Below, in pieces: positions 10,142 through 21,579 of a stretch of DNA of 64,000 bases; position 1 is the stretch's first letter; each line of letters starts with the position of its first letter. Made by a program: the position numbers and the translations under genes. Under the pieces are notes generated by a model. It saw only the letters and a list, made by a program, of their open reading frames with translations. It did not search any database and was not told where the DNA came from. This stretch comes from an uncultured Gammaproteobacteria bacterium. Its GTDB lineage: Bacteria; Pseudomonadota; Gammaproteobacteria; JACCXJ01. The stretch spans positions 128,001-192,000 of the forward strand of contig CAVXTM010000011.1 in NCBI GenBank assembly GCA_963764725.1, read 5' to 3'.

Positions 10142-11074
10142 TCAGGACACCAGCGCCGCGATCCGATCCTGATACTTGGCATCGGCGACCGCGCCCACGC
10201 CCGCGCCGAGGTTGTCGAGCATGTGCCGGGCCTTGGAAGTCGCCGGGATGACCGCGGTCACCGCGGGATTCGCCAGCACGAACTTGAGGAACAGTTGGGC
10301 CCAGGATCGGCAATCGATCTCAGCGGCCCAGGTGGGTACTTCCCGCCCACGCACCGTATCGAACAGCCGGCCGTCGAGGAAGGCACGATTGACCAGCACG
10401 GCGACGCCGCGCTCCTTGCACAGCGGCAGCAGCCGCTTTTCGGCGGAGCGCGTTGCGGCGGAGTAATTCACCTGGACGAAATCGATGCGCTCGGCCTGGA
10501 CGATCCGGGCGAGCTCGTCGTGGGCGTGATCCAGATAATGCGTGACGCCGACGTAGCGTATCTGCCCGGCCTGCTTCAGCTCGCGGAGGAACGCCAGGTT
10601 ATCGCGCCAGTCGACCAGGTTATGCACCTGCAGGAGATCGACCTTGTCGCTGCGCAGGTCTGCCAGCGAACCGTTCCACTGTGTGTGTGCGCGCGCGCCC
10701 GCCTTCGCGGAAATCTTGGTGGCGAGGAAGGCGCGTTGGCGCCAATCGCCCTGCTGCAGCAGATCGCCGGTCACGGTCTCCGCGCGGCCGTAGCTGGGCG
10801 CGGTATCGATGAGGCTGCCGCCGCCGTCGAAGAGCACGCGCAGCACCTCAACCAGCGGCGCGCGCTCGGCCCGAGTGGCGCCGACGTCGAAGGTGCCCGA
10901 CGTGCCCATGCCGATCACCGGCAGCTGTTCGCCGTTACTAGGGATCGGGCGCTTCTGCATCCCGGTCGCGGCCACCGACAGGCTCTCTACCGCCCGAGTG
11001 TTCGCACCCGCCGCGAACGCGGCCGCGCCGATCGCAGTGATGAATTGACGTCGGTTCATCCGCAAGCTGCTCAT
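10142..11074 (-). CDS. Aldo/keto reductase with Tat signal
   Basis: NRRQFI twin-Arg motif, IDTAPSYG, LATK, DLLQVHN. Confidence 0.9.
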   Translation of the reverse strand: MSSLRMNRRQFITAIGAAAFAAGANTRAVESLSVAATGMQKRPIPSNGEQLPVIGMGTSGTFDVGATRAERAPLVEVLRVLFDGGGSLIDTAPSYGRAETVTGDLLQQGDWRQRAFLATKISAKAGARAHTQWNGSLADLRSDKVDLLQVHNLVDWRDNLAFLRELKQAGQIRYVGVTHYLDHAHDELARIVQAERIDFVQVNYSAATRSAEKRLLPLCKERGVAVLVNRAFLDGRLFDTVRGREVPTWAAEIDCRSWAQLFLKFVLANPAVTAVIPATSKARHMLDNLGAGVGAVADAKYQDRIAALVS

Positions 11075-11329
11075 AGGTCCTCCTTCGCCGGTCCAGGCGT
11101 TGCCTACTTCGATGCTGCTCGGCCCCAGCGGTTCCGCCGGCTATAGATCGTGTCTGCTCAGTTCCTTGTGCATTCACAAAGATCTACTATCCTTAATGCC
11201 ATGCAACTGTCACACACTTCATATACTGTGTGCCTGTGGCTTGCGGTTCAGTTTAGTGCTGGGTGATGACCAACTAAGCGTATGAAATAGGAGTACCCAT
11301 TAATCCAAGCAGAATGAGGGGAGGTACGC

Positions 11330-13837
11330 ATGAAACGCTTAACTCACTCCCAAAGCGTTAGATTAGACGTTCCGTTCTTTGCTACGCTGGTTTGGTTTAC
11401 CACCTTGGGGTTGGCCGTTATTCCGGCGTCGGTATCCGCCGATTCCAACGATTCTAGCCGTTCGACCAATATCGCTCTCAGCGGTAATCTGCTCTTCAAT
11501 GTCAACGTCGAGGCCAATTCGGTCACGGTCTTCAGCGTCAGGAGCGGCGGTCTCAAGAAGCTCAATGAAGTCCCGGTCGGCCGGGAACCCTTCTGCGTTG
11601 CTGTCGAGGGCGACCGTGCCTTCGTCACCAACGCCGCAAGTGGCACCGTGTCGGTCATCGCTAAGGCCGGAGGGAATTTCAAGGTCATCAAGGAGATCGT
11701 GGTTGGCACCGAGCCGCGCGGCTGTGCGCTGGCACCGAATGGAAGGCTGTATGTAGCGAACCATACCGAGGGGACGGTGTCGGTGATTAACACCTCATCG
11801 GGGCAGGAGATCAAACCCCGCATTGAGATAGGCGGCAATCCTTTTGCCATCGCCGTCCACAAGAATCGGGTGTTTGTAACAGATTTCTTTGCCCGGCTCA
11901 TCCCCGACCCCGACGGGCCTGGCGGCCCCCTGCAAGGGGGACAAGAGGGGTTCGACGATGGGAAACAAGGGATCGTCTTTTCCTTCCCAGTGGACGATCC
12001 GCACAACGTCACCCCGATCTTCCTCTCGCCGCTCGCAGATTCGGGTTTCAAGGCCGATCGCAAGAACTTCTGCAACAACACGCGAGTTGTTGCTGGTGTT
12101 CCTGTTCCGCCGGCCAACCAGACCTTCTGCCCGGATACCACGGTCACCGACCCGACTGACCCGAAGATCGCTCAGGATCCACAGGCGGTCCATCCCAATC
12201 AACTGAATGCCGCCTTGATCTGCGGTGACAAGCTTTACCTCCCGAACATCGGGGCCCAGCCTGAGCCGCCGGTCTTCTTCAATGTGAACGTCCAGGCCTT
12301 GGTGCATGTGGTCAACACGACAGCACTCAGCGAGCTGACGGGTAGCACGGTCAATCTGAACGCGCAGATCGCGACCGAGCCGGAACCGGCGGATCGGTTC
12401 GCGGCCAGCCTGCAGAGGCTCTTTGGCAACGACATCGTGGCTATCGATGCCGATAAGAAGTGCGAGAACTTCGTCATCGTCAGCCGCGGTGGCAACTATG
12501 TGATCAAGGCACGGCTGGTGGGCGGGAAGCTCGATATCGGCGCGCCCGATAATGTCGTGCGCATCCAGACCGGCAACATCCCGAGCGGCATCGTCGTGCG
12601 TGGCAAGACGGCTTTTGTCAACAACGAAGTCGACATGTCGGTCTCCGTCCTCGACCTCGACGCCGGCCTGGCGGTTGGCGATCCAGTGGCTTCCAGCACC
12701 CCGCCCGAGCCCGGCAGCTTCGACCATTCGAGGCTTGTCGGAAAGCTGGTGTTCTTTACCGCCCTGGGCGTGCCCGATAATAACGAGAACGAGCCTGCCG
12801 ACGGGAGACCTCTGAAAGGGATACCGATCCGCGAGATCATCCCCTTGCAGTTCCGCGGCAAGCAGTCGAGCGACGCCTGGAGCACCTGTGCGTCGTGCCA
12901 TCCTGCCGGTCTTGCCGACGGGGTCACCTGGATCTTCGGTGATGGACCGCGGCAGGCGATCCCACTCGATGCCCTCTACTCCAAGGTGAACGGCGCGCAC
13001 GACACCCGCATCAACAACTGGAGCGCGGCGCGCGACAGCATCACCGACTTCAACAACAATTCCCGCAACGTCCAGTGCGGCAAAGGCTTTGCGGGTGGCG
13101 ATCCGACCGCGGAACGCCGCCGGGAACGGCGCCTGTCCGAGTGCTGGTGCGGCCCCACCTAACCCGGCGATCTACGACCACGGGATTTCGCAAGGGGCGA
13201 GCCAGGCCTTGGATGTGGAGACCACCTGGGGTCAGACCGTGCGACCCTTCAACATGCCGCAGGGAGACCCTGCGGTAGTTGGCGCCGGTGCGGACGTGTT
13301 TGAAGGCAACTGTGCTTCTTGCCATGGGGGCGCAAAGTGGACCAAGAGCCAGGTCTTCTACCTTAACAATCCGGCACTGACGGCGAATGTTGCCGCCGGA
13401 GGTTTAAAGCGTGATCCGTTCTTGACGAACACGGGGAACGAGTTCGTCGAATATGCCGGTGGCGGTGCCCAGCCTGCTGGGGTCGATACCGGCACGCTAA
13501 AGTTCCTGGAAAGTATTGGCACCTTTAACTCCTCCAATCCTATCGAGATCCGGGGGCAAGGTAATCCCGGTGGGCCCCCGTTCGGAGTCCTTTTGGTTTC
13601 AACGTGCCGTCCTTGCTCAGTGTGAATTACCACGCGCCGTATTTCCACAACGGGCAAGCCACCACGCTGGAGGATGTCTTCGATCAACATCTCCTGAATG
13701 GAAGCACCATCGCGGATACGTTGGGCGATATGGACGAGGCTAACTTGTTGGCCTTCCTAAGGTCCATCGACGGCCGCACGGCAACCGTCGAGTCCGACGG
13801 CGATATCTTCAAGGACCCAACCAAAAATCTGCCGTAA
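11330..13837 (+). CDS. Secreted YVTN beta-propeller fused to a di-heme cytochrome c (CcP/MauG-like); two frameshifts (~13105, ~13592)
   Basis: Signal peptide, YVAN/FVTN repeats, two CASCH heme motifs, and C-terminal VPSLL..APYFHNGQATTLEDV, spread over three overlapping ORFs. Confidence 0.8.
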
Positions 13838-13864
13838 GCTAGTAACTCGCTTAAACGAGCTTCG

Positions 13865-13895
13865 AAAGGGCCGGCCCGTAACGGGCCGGCCCTTT
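13865..13895 (+). terminator. Rho-independent terminator
   Basis: AAAGGGCCGGCCCG-TAA-CGGGCCGGCCCTTT perfect hairpin after the stop. Confidence 0.85.
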
Positions 13896-13949
13896 CTCTC
13901 GCTTGCTACCTCTACCTCCACCTTCCGTCCGCGAGGAAATACGAAATAC

Positions 13950-13996
13950 GGGGTCAAATCTCCGATCTTGCACGTTATGCATGAGAGACTTGACCG
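13950..13996. repeat. Short GGGGTCA-type inverted-repeat element
   Basis: GGTCAAATCTC ... GAGACTTGACC (10/11 inverted match). Confidence 0.45.
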
Positions 13997-14170
13997 TTCG
14001 CGGTAACAGCAGAGTGTCTGGCAGGTTGAAGTCCCGTTCAAGGCGTTGTCCGTACGCCTTGGTGGCGTGAGGAAGCGCCGTTGGAGTAATTCAGGGTCGT
14101 GAGTTTTCGAAGAGATCCTCGCAAGCCCCACACACTCCCGGGCGCACACCCGCCAATTCTACGGACAAGT

Positions 14171-15922
14171 CTATTTTTCAAGCAAATAATCCTCGATCAC
14201 CAAGGTATCCATTCCCGTGGTAAAAAAAACCGCCAATGCGTCTTCAACGGTGTGGACCATCGGCTTACCCATGATATTAAATGACGTATTGAGCAGGAGC
14301 GGTATTTTCGTCAAACGGTGGAAAGCCTCAATGAGCGCGTGAAAACGGGCATTCCATTCCCGTTTCACGGTCTGCAAGCGCCCGGTGCCATCCACGTGAA
14401 CCACCGCGGGCACCTTAGCACGGACTTCTTGCTTGAAGCGCAGCGTTCGCTCCATGTACGGGGACTCCTGATAGTTCTCGAAATACTCCTCGCCGTACTC
14501 GTGCAAGATGGCCGGTGCGAAGGGTCGAAACTCCTCGCGGAATTTTACCTCCCGGTTTAATCGATCTTTCATCTCGCCCGAGCGCGGATCGGCCAAGATT
14601 GAACGGTTACCGAGCGCGCGAGGACCGAACTCCGCACGGTCCTGGATCCAGCCGACAATTTTTCCTTCGGCAAGCCGCTTGGCCGCCTCCAAATGCACCG
14701 TTTCGGGAAGATGGCGCAATGTCCGTAGACCGCTCCACCTTGCGACGTTCGTTAGGGTCTCGGCCGACACCCGCGATCCGAGATAGGGCGAGAACAATTG
14801 CTGCCGAGCCTTGCGCGCCCCCCGTGTCCTCTCGTAGGCGAGTAGAGCCGCGCCTACGGCGTTGCCGTCGTCGGCGGGTGCGCTAGGGATATGCAAACGC
14901 TTAAACGGTGTGCTTTCAAAAACCCGGCCCGCATATGATGAGTTCAGCGCACAGCCGCCGCTAAGAACGAGGTTGTTGACGCGGGTTTCTGCGTAGAGAT
15001 TGTGCAACAACTCATCCATGATCTCGGAAAAGACCCGCTGCCAGGTATGCGCGAGATCGGCAACCGCCAAAGCCGATGCGTCCGTTGTCCGCCGGTATCC
15101 CCAAAGGTAGGTAAGCGCTGCGCGAAGCTGACGCATCGGTGGGTATCTCAAGCCGCATCCCGCGACCTTGATCATCGGCCTAAGCAAGCGATAGATCTCT
15201 TCGTCGCTGCGGCCATATGGCGCGAGGCCCATCACCTTCCATTCCTCCCCGCCGAAGCTGGAGAAACCGCATAATTCCGTGATGAGCATATAAAGCCCGC
15301 CCAAGCTTTCCGGGCCCTGGTGACGGGACAAGCGATGCAGACGCCCGTTTCTATAGGCGTAACAGCTTATCGAGCCGTGCTCTCCGGTGCCATCGACGAT
15401 CATGCACACGGCCTCCGAAAACGGGCTGCCGTAACAGGCATAGGCCGCGTGCGTGAGGTGATGATCGAAATTCAAGAAGCGAAGCTTGCGATTTCCAAAG
15501 CGATGGCGCATGACGAGCGCAAGGTTAGCCCCGGCTTTGAGATGCGCGCTCCGCTCGCACAGCATGAGATGATGAAGCTGATAGCGCCGCATCAGCAGCG
15601 TGCGCGACCAGCCGTCGAGCGGGGCGCGCGGGAGCCAGTCTGGACTCAGCAGGCCGAGCCGGCTTGCCGCGCCGGCCAGAAATGGGAGGCGACTGGAGCG
15701 TGCGCTCCACGAGCAGGCGATCGCAAACTCGGCGTCTTGCTCGCAATACTCCTTGACTAGATGGGCGATCCTAAATAAATGGTCAGGCTCCGCATTGATC
15801 GCGCGTTTGCTCTGAAGAAAACGCTCGGCCGCCTCGGCGAATACGATCTCGCCCTCCGCATCCACGATGGCCAGGGCCGGATCGTGGAAAGTGGTCGCTA
15901 ATCCGATGTAATACCGCTTCAT
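14171..15922 (-). CDS. Carbamoyltransferase (CmcH/NodU/TobZ family)
   Basis: HDPA, HHLTHA, EWKVMGLAPYG, EFGPRALGNRSIL, LLNTSFN. Confidence 0.93.
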   Translation of the reverse strand: MKRYYIGLATTFHDPALAIVDAEGEIVFAEAAERFLQSKRAINAEPDHLFRIAHLVKEYCEQDAEFAIACSWSARSSRLPFLAGAASRLGLLSPDWLPRAPLDGWSRTLLMRRYQLHHLMLCERSAHLKAGANLALVMRHRFGNRKLRFLNFDHHLTHAAYACYGSPFSEAVCMIVDGTGEHGSISCYAYRNGRLHRLSRHQGPESLGGLYMLITELCGFSSFGGEEWKVMGLAPYGRSDEEIYRLLRPMIKVAGCGLRYPPMRQLRAALTYLWGYRRTTDASALAVADLAHTWQRVFSEIMDELLHNLYAETRVNNLVLSGGCALNSSYAGRVFESTPFKRLHIPSAPADDGNAVGAALLAYERTRGARKARQQLFSPYLGSRVSAETLTNVARWSGLRTLRHLPETVHLEAAKRLAEGKIVGWIQDRAEFGPRALGNRSILADPRSGEMKDRLNREVKFREEFRPFAPAILHEYGEEYFENYQESPYMERTLRFKQEVRAKVPAVVHVDGTGRLQTVKREWNARFHALIEAFHRLTKIPLLLNTSFNIMGKPMVHTVEDALAVFFTTGMDTLVIEDYLLEK

Positions 15923-15942
15923 CTACGACGCGATGCGGCTCC

Positions 15943-17319
15943 CTAAGCGACCCACCACCGTTGTACACGCTTGAGCCCGAACCGCGAGACAAAGCGGATC
16001 AAGAGGTCGAACCACGTTTTCGCGGCCACGACCCGCAGGGATACATAACCGCGCCATACCCGCTGCCAGTGCCGCTGCACTTCTCGCTCTCCATAAGCCG
16101 CGCCCAGCTCCTCGAGATAGGCGACGATCGCCGCCTTGGCCAGTGCCGCATGACCACTCGCGAGGTTGTCGCTCGCGATATGGACACTGATGATGCGCGC
16201 ATCGATTCGCCAATAGCTCAGCTCATCGACGAGCTTCATGTAAAACGCGCCGAGGCCGCTCAGCTCGATGGCTAGATTGAGGCCGAGCAGCTCCGGCAGG
16301 AACGTCCGAGGATATTGGGAGATGGACAGCAAATACAGCGGGAGCTCGAATACTGCCGAAGTAAATTTACCATAGCGAATGAACTCATCTGATGAGACTT
16401 CCGGAAGATCGATGCCTTCCGATCGCAACATCTCGCGAAAAATAGCGGCGTGACTCGCGTCGGGGTCCCCGCCACCCACCTCATCGGAGTAGATCTTAAG
16501 CAAATCCGCCGCGATCCCTGGGTGGCGTGCGTACAGGCAGCCGACGTTGCGCAGCCAGCACCCATCGACGAGGATCAAAGGCGCCAGTTGCACGAATAGC
16601 CACAGATACTCCTCTCTGGACAGTCGTGGCGGAGGGATAAAGGGCCGATAAGCATCCACTGCCTCGCGATAGCTCACTTCGATCCTATGCTCGAACGCAG
16701 CGCGGCTGTACTCGAAAGAACGTAATTCCGGATAAAGCCGAGACAGCCACATGGCTCGTCGTGCGCGGGCGAGACAACGCTCGACGTAGTGCTTCGCCGG
16801 GCGCGAAGACTCGGGATAGCGTTCCGCGTTGACCAGTTGATAATAAAGCAGCCGTTTGTCCAGGCGCGGCGATCCCGCGTCTTGGGCCGGGCTCGCCGAT
16901 GCGCTCGCAGGCTCGCCCACGCCCATCCCTAGCCACGGGCCGGTCTCGTCCCCTCGGCCCTCTGGCGCCTGCGGTTCTACGTTGCCTCGGGGGACCGGAT
17001 CGCCTGTCGATCTCAATGTGCGGATCCATTCGAACACAATTCCGATCTCTTCCTCGGTAAATACCCGAAACATCGGGCCACGTGTCGAGACCAGATCTGA
17101 AATCAATCGGCTGCGCTCGGGCGCTGCGGTATCCACATAGGGTGATTCCGCGAGGGCGTTCAGTAATCCCTCGATATCAGGATATGCACCGCTAAACCAC
17201 TCTTCGATCCGCTGCCCCCCGAGCAGTTTATCGCGGTGATGCCCGCGCGCGTAGGGCAGTTTGCGTGCTATGATTTCAGCCGTACGCTGACGCGGACTCG
17301 ATCGCAAGTCTTCTCCCAT
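15943..17319 (-). CDS. Heme-oxygenase-like diiron oxidase (iron-containing redox enzyme family)
   Basis: LVDGCWL, YSDEVGGG..H, ELLGLNLAIE, H...DN..SGH metal ligands; AAGGA RBS. Confidence 0.85.
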   Translation of the reverse strand: MGEDLRSSPRQRTAEIIARKLPYARGHHRDKLLGGQRIEEWFSGAYPDIEGLLNALAESPYVDTAAPERSRLISDLVSTRGPMFRVFTEEEIGIVFEWIRTLRSTGDPVPRGNVEPQAPEGRGDETGPWLGMGVGEPASASASPAQDAGSPRLDKRLLYYQLVNAERYPESSRPAKHYVERCLARARRAMWLSRLYPELRSFEYSRAAFEHRIEVSYREAVDAYRPFIPPPRLSREEYLWLFVQLAPLILVDGCWLRNVGCLYARHPGIAADLLKIYSDEVGGGDPDASHAAIFREMLRSEGIDLPEVSSDEFIRYGKFTSAVFELPLYLLSISQYPRTFLPELLGLNLAIELSGLGAFYMKLVDELSYWRIDARIISVHIASDNLASGHAALAKAAIVAYLEELGAAYGEREVQRHWQRVWRGYVSLRVVAAKTWFDLLIRFVSRFGLKRVQRWWVA

Positions 17320-17528
17320 AGTTATCCTTCCTACATTGCCATGCGCGACCGTCTACCCCGGGGACGACGGATCTGCCCCTAAAAGTGGCGCGTGTTATAC
17401 TAATCTAAGCATATAAAGCTCAGCCTGGCATCGTTGCCACGCACCAGAATGCAGCTTGGTAGAAAAAGTTACCCGCGGCGCCGCAAGAGCCATTCTCGAG
17501 CGCTGCGCGTGTAGGGCAGGAACACCCC

Positions 17529-19193
17529 ATGGCCGGCAATGTCCATTTAAACCTAGCACCACGTCTGCAGCGCTTAGAAACCCATTTAGCTCAAGAGAAC
17601 CCGGTCCTGCTCAATGTGGTCAAGAGCTTCCGAGCGTTGGATGGCGTCGCCTACCGCACGGGTATTCTCGATGTTGGGGACTCCTACGCCACCCGCGTTC
17701 CTTGGTGGCCCCTGATTTCGGTACTAGGAACGTTTTCCTCGGGCAAGTCTACGTTTATCAACGATTATCTACGCTACAAGCTGCAACTCACCGGTAATCA
17801 GGCGGTAGACGACAAGTTTACCGTGATCTGTTTCAGCACCGACGCTACGCCCCGGATCTTACCGGGCCTCGCGCTCGACGCCGATCCACGCTTTCCGTTT
17901 TACAACATCAGCCGCGAAATCGACGCGGTGGCCCAAGGCGAAGGCCGGCGTGTGGATGCCTATCTGCAGCTTAAAACCTGTCCGAGCGAAGCCCTGCGAG
18001 GCAAGATATTAATCGATTCTCCGGGATTCGACGCAGATCTGCAACGGACTTCGACCTTGCGGATCACAAACCATATCATCGACCTCTCTGATCTGGTGCT
18101 GGTGTTTTTCGATGCCCGGCATCCGGAGCCGGGAGCAATGAAAGATACCCTCCAGCATCTGGTCGCCGAGACCATTAGCAGACCCGACTCCAACAAGTTT
18201 CTGTTTGTGCTCAATCAAATCGATGCGACCGCCCGCGAAGACAATCCGGAAGAAGTCTTCGCGGCTTGGCAACGCGCCTTGGCGAGCGCGGGATTGACGG
18301 CCGGCCGTTTTTACCGCATTTACAACCTGGAGGCGGCCAACCCGATCGACGACGATAACCTGCGGCATCGATTCGAGCAAAAAAGGGTCGTCGATATGGC
18401 GGAACTCTTGGACCGGATACAACAGGTCGAGGTGGAGCGCTGCTACCGCATTATCGGTGTTCTGGAGCATACGGCTAAGGCCATCCAAGAGGATTTCGTG
18501 CCGCGGATTAGCGCGACCAAACGAAAATGGAAACTGCGCGTTTTGCTGTTGGACGCGCTCGTCTACGGATTTGTATTCAGCGTACTCCTGGTGTCGGGTA
18601 TTTCCGCCGGGTGGTGGGCCGATGGGTCGTTTTCTCCTGCGTGGCTGCATAACCTCCCCGATCCCGTCCAACTCGTCGGCGCCGCGGTGGTGATCGCGCT
18701 TCTAATTTACCCTCATTTTGCGGTGCGCCAACTCGCCGCCAAGACCGTCATCAAAGGACTGCAACGAGAGGTCTTATCCCAAGAAATCAAAGACTCCTTG
18801 ATACGCGCGTTCAAGCAAAACACGCGCTTTACGCGCTCGATTTTTCGTAGGACACCCGTGGGATGGGGGCGGCGGGCTCAGCGCGTCGTTATCCGCGTGC
18901 TCAGCGACGCCAACCGCTGTGTCGAGAGCCTCAACGACCGCTTTGCCGATCCTTCCGGTCACGAGCCCGCCGGCTCGGCCTCGCGCGCATCGCGTCCCGC
19001 GGACGATCGAACTCAGCGAGGCAACGGTATCCCCGGCTTACTGGAAATCCCGAAAGTCTCGCGGGTGGCGGACACCACGCGCTTCGAACACGGCGCGAGG
19101 ACAACACCCGCGGACGATAGCGATCCTCAGCGCCGAAGAGCGCGCCGCATCATTCACTTTGAGGAACCTCCACCGGTTCGCAGCCGAGAATAG
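17529..19193 (+). CDS. Dynamin/EHD-like GTPase with two TM segments
   Basis: GTFSSGKST (G1), DDKFT, DSPG (G3), NQID (G4); hydrophobic hairpin; disordered tail. Confidence 0.82.
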   Translation: MAGNVHLNLAPRLQRLETHLAQENPVLLNVVKSFRALDGVAYRTGILDVGDSYATRVPWWPLISVLGTFSSGKSTFINDYLRYKLQLTGNQAVDDKFTVICFSTDATPRILPGLALDADPRFPFYNISREIDAVAQGEGRRVDAYLQLKTCPSEALRGKILIDSPGFDADLQRTSTLRITNHIIDLSDLVLVFFDARHPEPGAMKDTLQHLVAETISRPDSNKFLFVLNQIDATAREDNPEEVFAAWQRALASAGLTAGRFYRIYNLEAANPIDDDNLRHRFEQKRVVDMAELLDRIQQVEVERCYRIIGVLEHTAKAIQEDFVPRISATKRKWKLRVLLLDALVYGFVFSVLLVSGISAGWWADGSFSPAWLHNLPDPVQLVGAAVVIALLIYPHFAVRQLAAKTVIKGLQREVLSQEIKDSLIRAFKQNTRFTRSIFRRTPVGWGRRAQRVVIRVLSDANRCVESLNDRFADPSGHEPAGSASRASRPADDRTQRGNGIPGLLEIPKVSRVADTTRFEHGARTTPADDSDPQRRRARRIIHFEEPPPVRSRE

Positions 19194-19205
19194 GACGAGC
19201 TGCCA

Positions 19206-19436
19206 CTACTGTTGTTCGGCCTGCACTTCGGCGAGCCTTCGTTCAAGCTCGGCCTTCATTTGTTCCATGCCTTCCGTCGCGGGATCGTCCGGTCCCTTCC
19301 GGTTCGCCAGCATACGGTCAACCGCCTCTAGTGAGTTCCTGACCTTCTGCTCTTCTGAGAGATCCGACGAATCGCCGCAGGCGGCGAGCGCTACCCCTAG
19401 GCATCCAAAAGCTATAATTCTAGCCGTTCCTCGCAT
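19206..19436 (-). CDS. Small lipoprotein downstream of xoxF
   Basis: MRGTARIIAFGCLGVALAA-C lipobox; GGTGGAG RBS. Confidence 0.7.
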   Translation of the reverse strand: MRGTARIIAFGCLGVALAACGDSSDLSEEQKVRNSLEAVDRMLANRKGPDDPATEGMEQMKAELERRLAEVQAEQQ

Positions 19437-19451
19437 AATCTCCACCCTCAG

Positions 19452-19482
19452 AAAACCCCGGCAACATCCGTTGCCGGGGTTT
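19452..19482 (-). terminator. xoxF terminator hairpin
   Basis: AAACCCCGGCAAC-ATCC-GTTGCCGGGGTTT, followed by a U tract on the minus strand. Confidence 0.8.
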
Positions 19483-19508
19483 AATAACAACGTATTTTAC
19501 GGTGTATC

Positions 19509-21341
19509 TCAGGGCAAGCTGAAGACACTCAACACGCCACCGAGACGCGTATAGCTATTCAATCCCTTATACGCACCTACCGCGCCTAAACCCTCGGTAT
19601 CCTCGATGAGACCGGCGGCCATACCGATACCCGCCCAACCGCCAACGCCGGAGAGCACGCCTATATACTGCTTATCCTTGTGCGTCCAGGTGTTTAGATT
19701 ACCGATGATGCCGGAGGGGGTCTTGAACTTCCAAAGCTCCTTACCGCTCTTGGCATCGATGCACTTGATGTAACCGTCTAGGGTTCCGTAGAAAACCACG
19801 TCACCGGCCGTGGCCAGGGCGCCGCTCCACACCGAGAAGCGCTCCGGAATCGACCATTTGATCTTACCGGTGCCGGCGTCCCAGGCGATGAAATTACCCA
19901 GGTTGTTGGTCCCATCACCCGTGACCTTGCCCCCCGGGAACATATTGAGCACCGCGTTGACATAAGGCTGACCCGCGGTGTACTCGCCGCCGCTCACCGG
20001 CTCGTAGTCCATGCACACATGGTTCGTGGGCACATAGAAGAGCCCCGTGCGCGGCGAGAAGGCAGCCGGCTGCTGGTCCTTGGTTCCGAGCGCGGCCGGA
20101 CAGATGTTGGTGGTGTTCACGTCTTCGCCGTTCTTGTCAGTGCTGTAGCGCGCCACCCCCTGCGGTCGGCCGGTCTTCATATCGACGTGGGTTGCCCAGT
20201 TGACGCTGGGATCGAATTTTTCAGCCACGAGCAGTTCGCCGGTGATCCGATCCAGCGTATAACCGAACCCGTTGCGGTCGAAATGCACGAGGGCTTTGCG
20301 ATCTTCGCCCTTTACCTTGATATCGGCGAGAATCATTTCGTTGACGCCGTCGTAGTCCCATTCATCGTGGGGCGTCATCTGGTAGACCCACTTGGCCACA
20401 CCGGTATCGACATCGCGCGCCCAAACGGTCATCGACCACTTGTTGTCACCGGGGCGGACGGTTGGGTTCCAAGTGCCCGGGTTACCGGAACCGTAATAGA
20501 CCAGGTTCAGCTCTTTGTCGTAGGCATACCAACCCCAGGTCGTGCCACCGCCGATCTTCCATTGATCGCCTTTCCATGTGTTGAGGCTCGAATCCTTGCC
20601 GACGGGTTTGCCCAATTCGGTGGTTTTTTCGGGATCAATGAGGATCTGGTCATCGGGACCTACGCTGTACGCCTTCCATGCCAACTTACCGTCTTTGATG
20701 TTGTAGGCCGCGAGAAAGCCTTGCACCCCGAACTCCCCGCCGCTGATCCCAGTGAAGACCTTGTCCTTAATGACATGGGGAGCATTGGTGTTGGTCGATC
20801 CTCTCTTGGGATCACCGTTCTTGACCGACCATACTTTCTTACCTGTCTTGGCGTCTATGGCCACCAACTCGGTATTCGCCTGTTGCAGAAAGATCTTTCC
20901 GTCAGCATAGGCCAAACCGCGATTAACCGTATCGCAGCACATGACCGGGACGGTCTCATCGTAGTTTTGCACCGGGATGTATTCCCACACAACCTCCAGG
21001 TTATCCAGATTGATTGCGAAAACGTTGTTGGGGAAAGGCGCGTGGACATACAGCGTATCGTGATCGAGGCCGGTCGCACTGCCCGGGAGCACCAGCGGTC
21101 CGCCCTCGTGCCCACGCAGCACACCGGTCGAAAACGTCCAAGCCGCCTGCAGCTTCGAGGCGTTCGCGGCGTTGATTTGGTCTAACTTCGAATACCGCTG
21201 AGCCCAAAAATCGCCATTCTGCATCACCCAATAATTCGGGCTGTCTTGCAGCTTGAGCAGCTCGTCATTGGCGAGCGCCATAGCCGGTGCGGCCGTGGCG
21301 ATTGCGGCTAAGAGCATGCTCTGAAAACGCGTTTTTCTCAT
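19509..21341 (-). CDS. xoxF: Lanthanide-dependent PQQ methanol dehydrogenase XoxF
   Basis: MCCDTVNRG vicinal cysteines; HDEWDYDG with the extra Ln-binding Asp; signal peptide. Confidence 0.95.
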   Translation of the reverse strand: MRKTRFQSMLLAAIATAAPAMALANDELLKLQDSPNYWVMQNGDFWAQRYSKLDQINAANASKLQAAWTFSTGVLRGHEGGPLVLPGSATGLDHDTLYVHAPFPNNVFAINLDNLEVVWEYIPVQNYDETVPVMCCDTVNRGLAYADGKIFLQQANTELVAIDAKTGKKVWSVKNGDPKRGSTNTNAPHVIKDKVFTGISGGEFGVQGFLAAYNIKDGKLAWKAYSVGPDDQILIDPEKTTELGKPVGKDSSLNTWKGDQWKIGGGTTWGWYAYDKELNLVYYGSGNPGTWNPTVRPGDNKWSMTVWARDVDTGVAKWVYQMTPHDEWDYDGVNEMILADIKVKGEDRKALVHFDRNGFGYTLDRITGELLVAEKFDPSVNWATHVDMKTGRPQGVARYSTDKNGEDVNTTNICPAALGTKDQQPAAFSPRTGLFYVPTNHVCMDYEPVSGGEYTAGQPYVNAVLNMFPGGKVTGDGTNNLGNFIAWDAGTGKIKWSIPERFSVWSGALATAGDVVFYGTLDGYIKCIDAKSGKELWKFKTPSGIIGNLNTWTHKDKQYIGVLSGVGGWAGIGMAAGLIEDTEGLGAVGAYKGLNSYTRLGGVLSVFSLP

Positions 21342-21579
21342 GACCTCCTCCTTCCAAATGTTATGTCGATCTCTAATTCTTATTCTCCGAGCGCCTCAGA
21401 GATCGCAAAGGCGTAAGGAGTGAATGCAATAATCCGCTGCCACGCTCGGATAGTGTACACTCGGTTAAATTATACGCAGTCGCAGCCGTTCGGAAAATTA
21501 TAACGAATCGAGTCGATTCATCAACAAGTTAAGCGGGGAAGTGGCTGCACGGTTCCAATCGATCCGCGCCCATCGGGAA

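Noticed and set aside
20019-21185. Long antisense ORFs over xoxF (also over narG, AKR and the cytochrome gene)
   Set aside because: Expected shadows in high-GC coding DNA.
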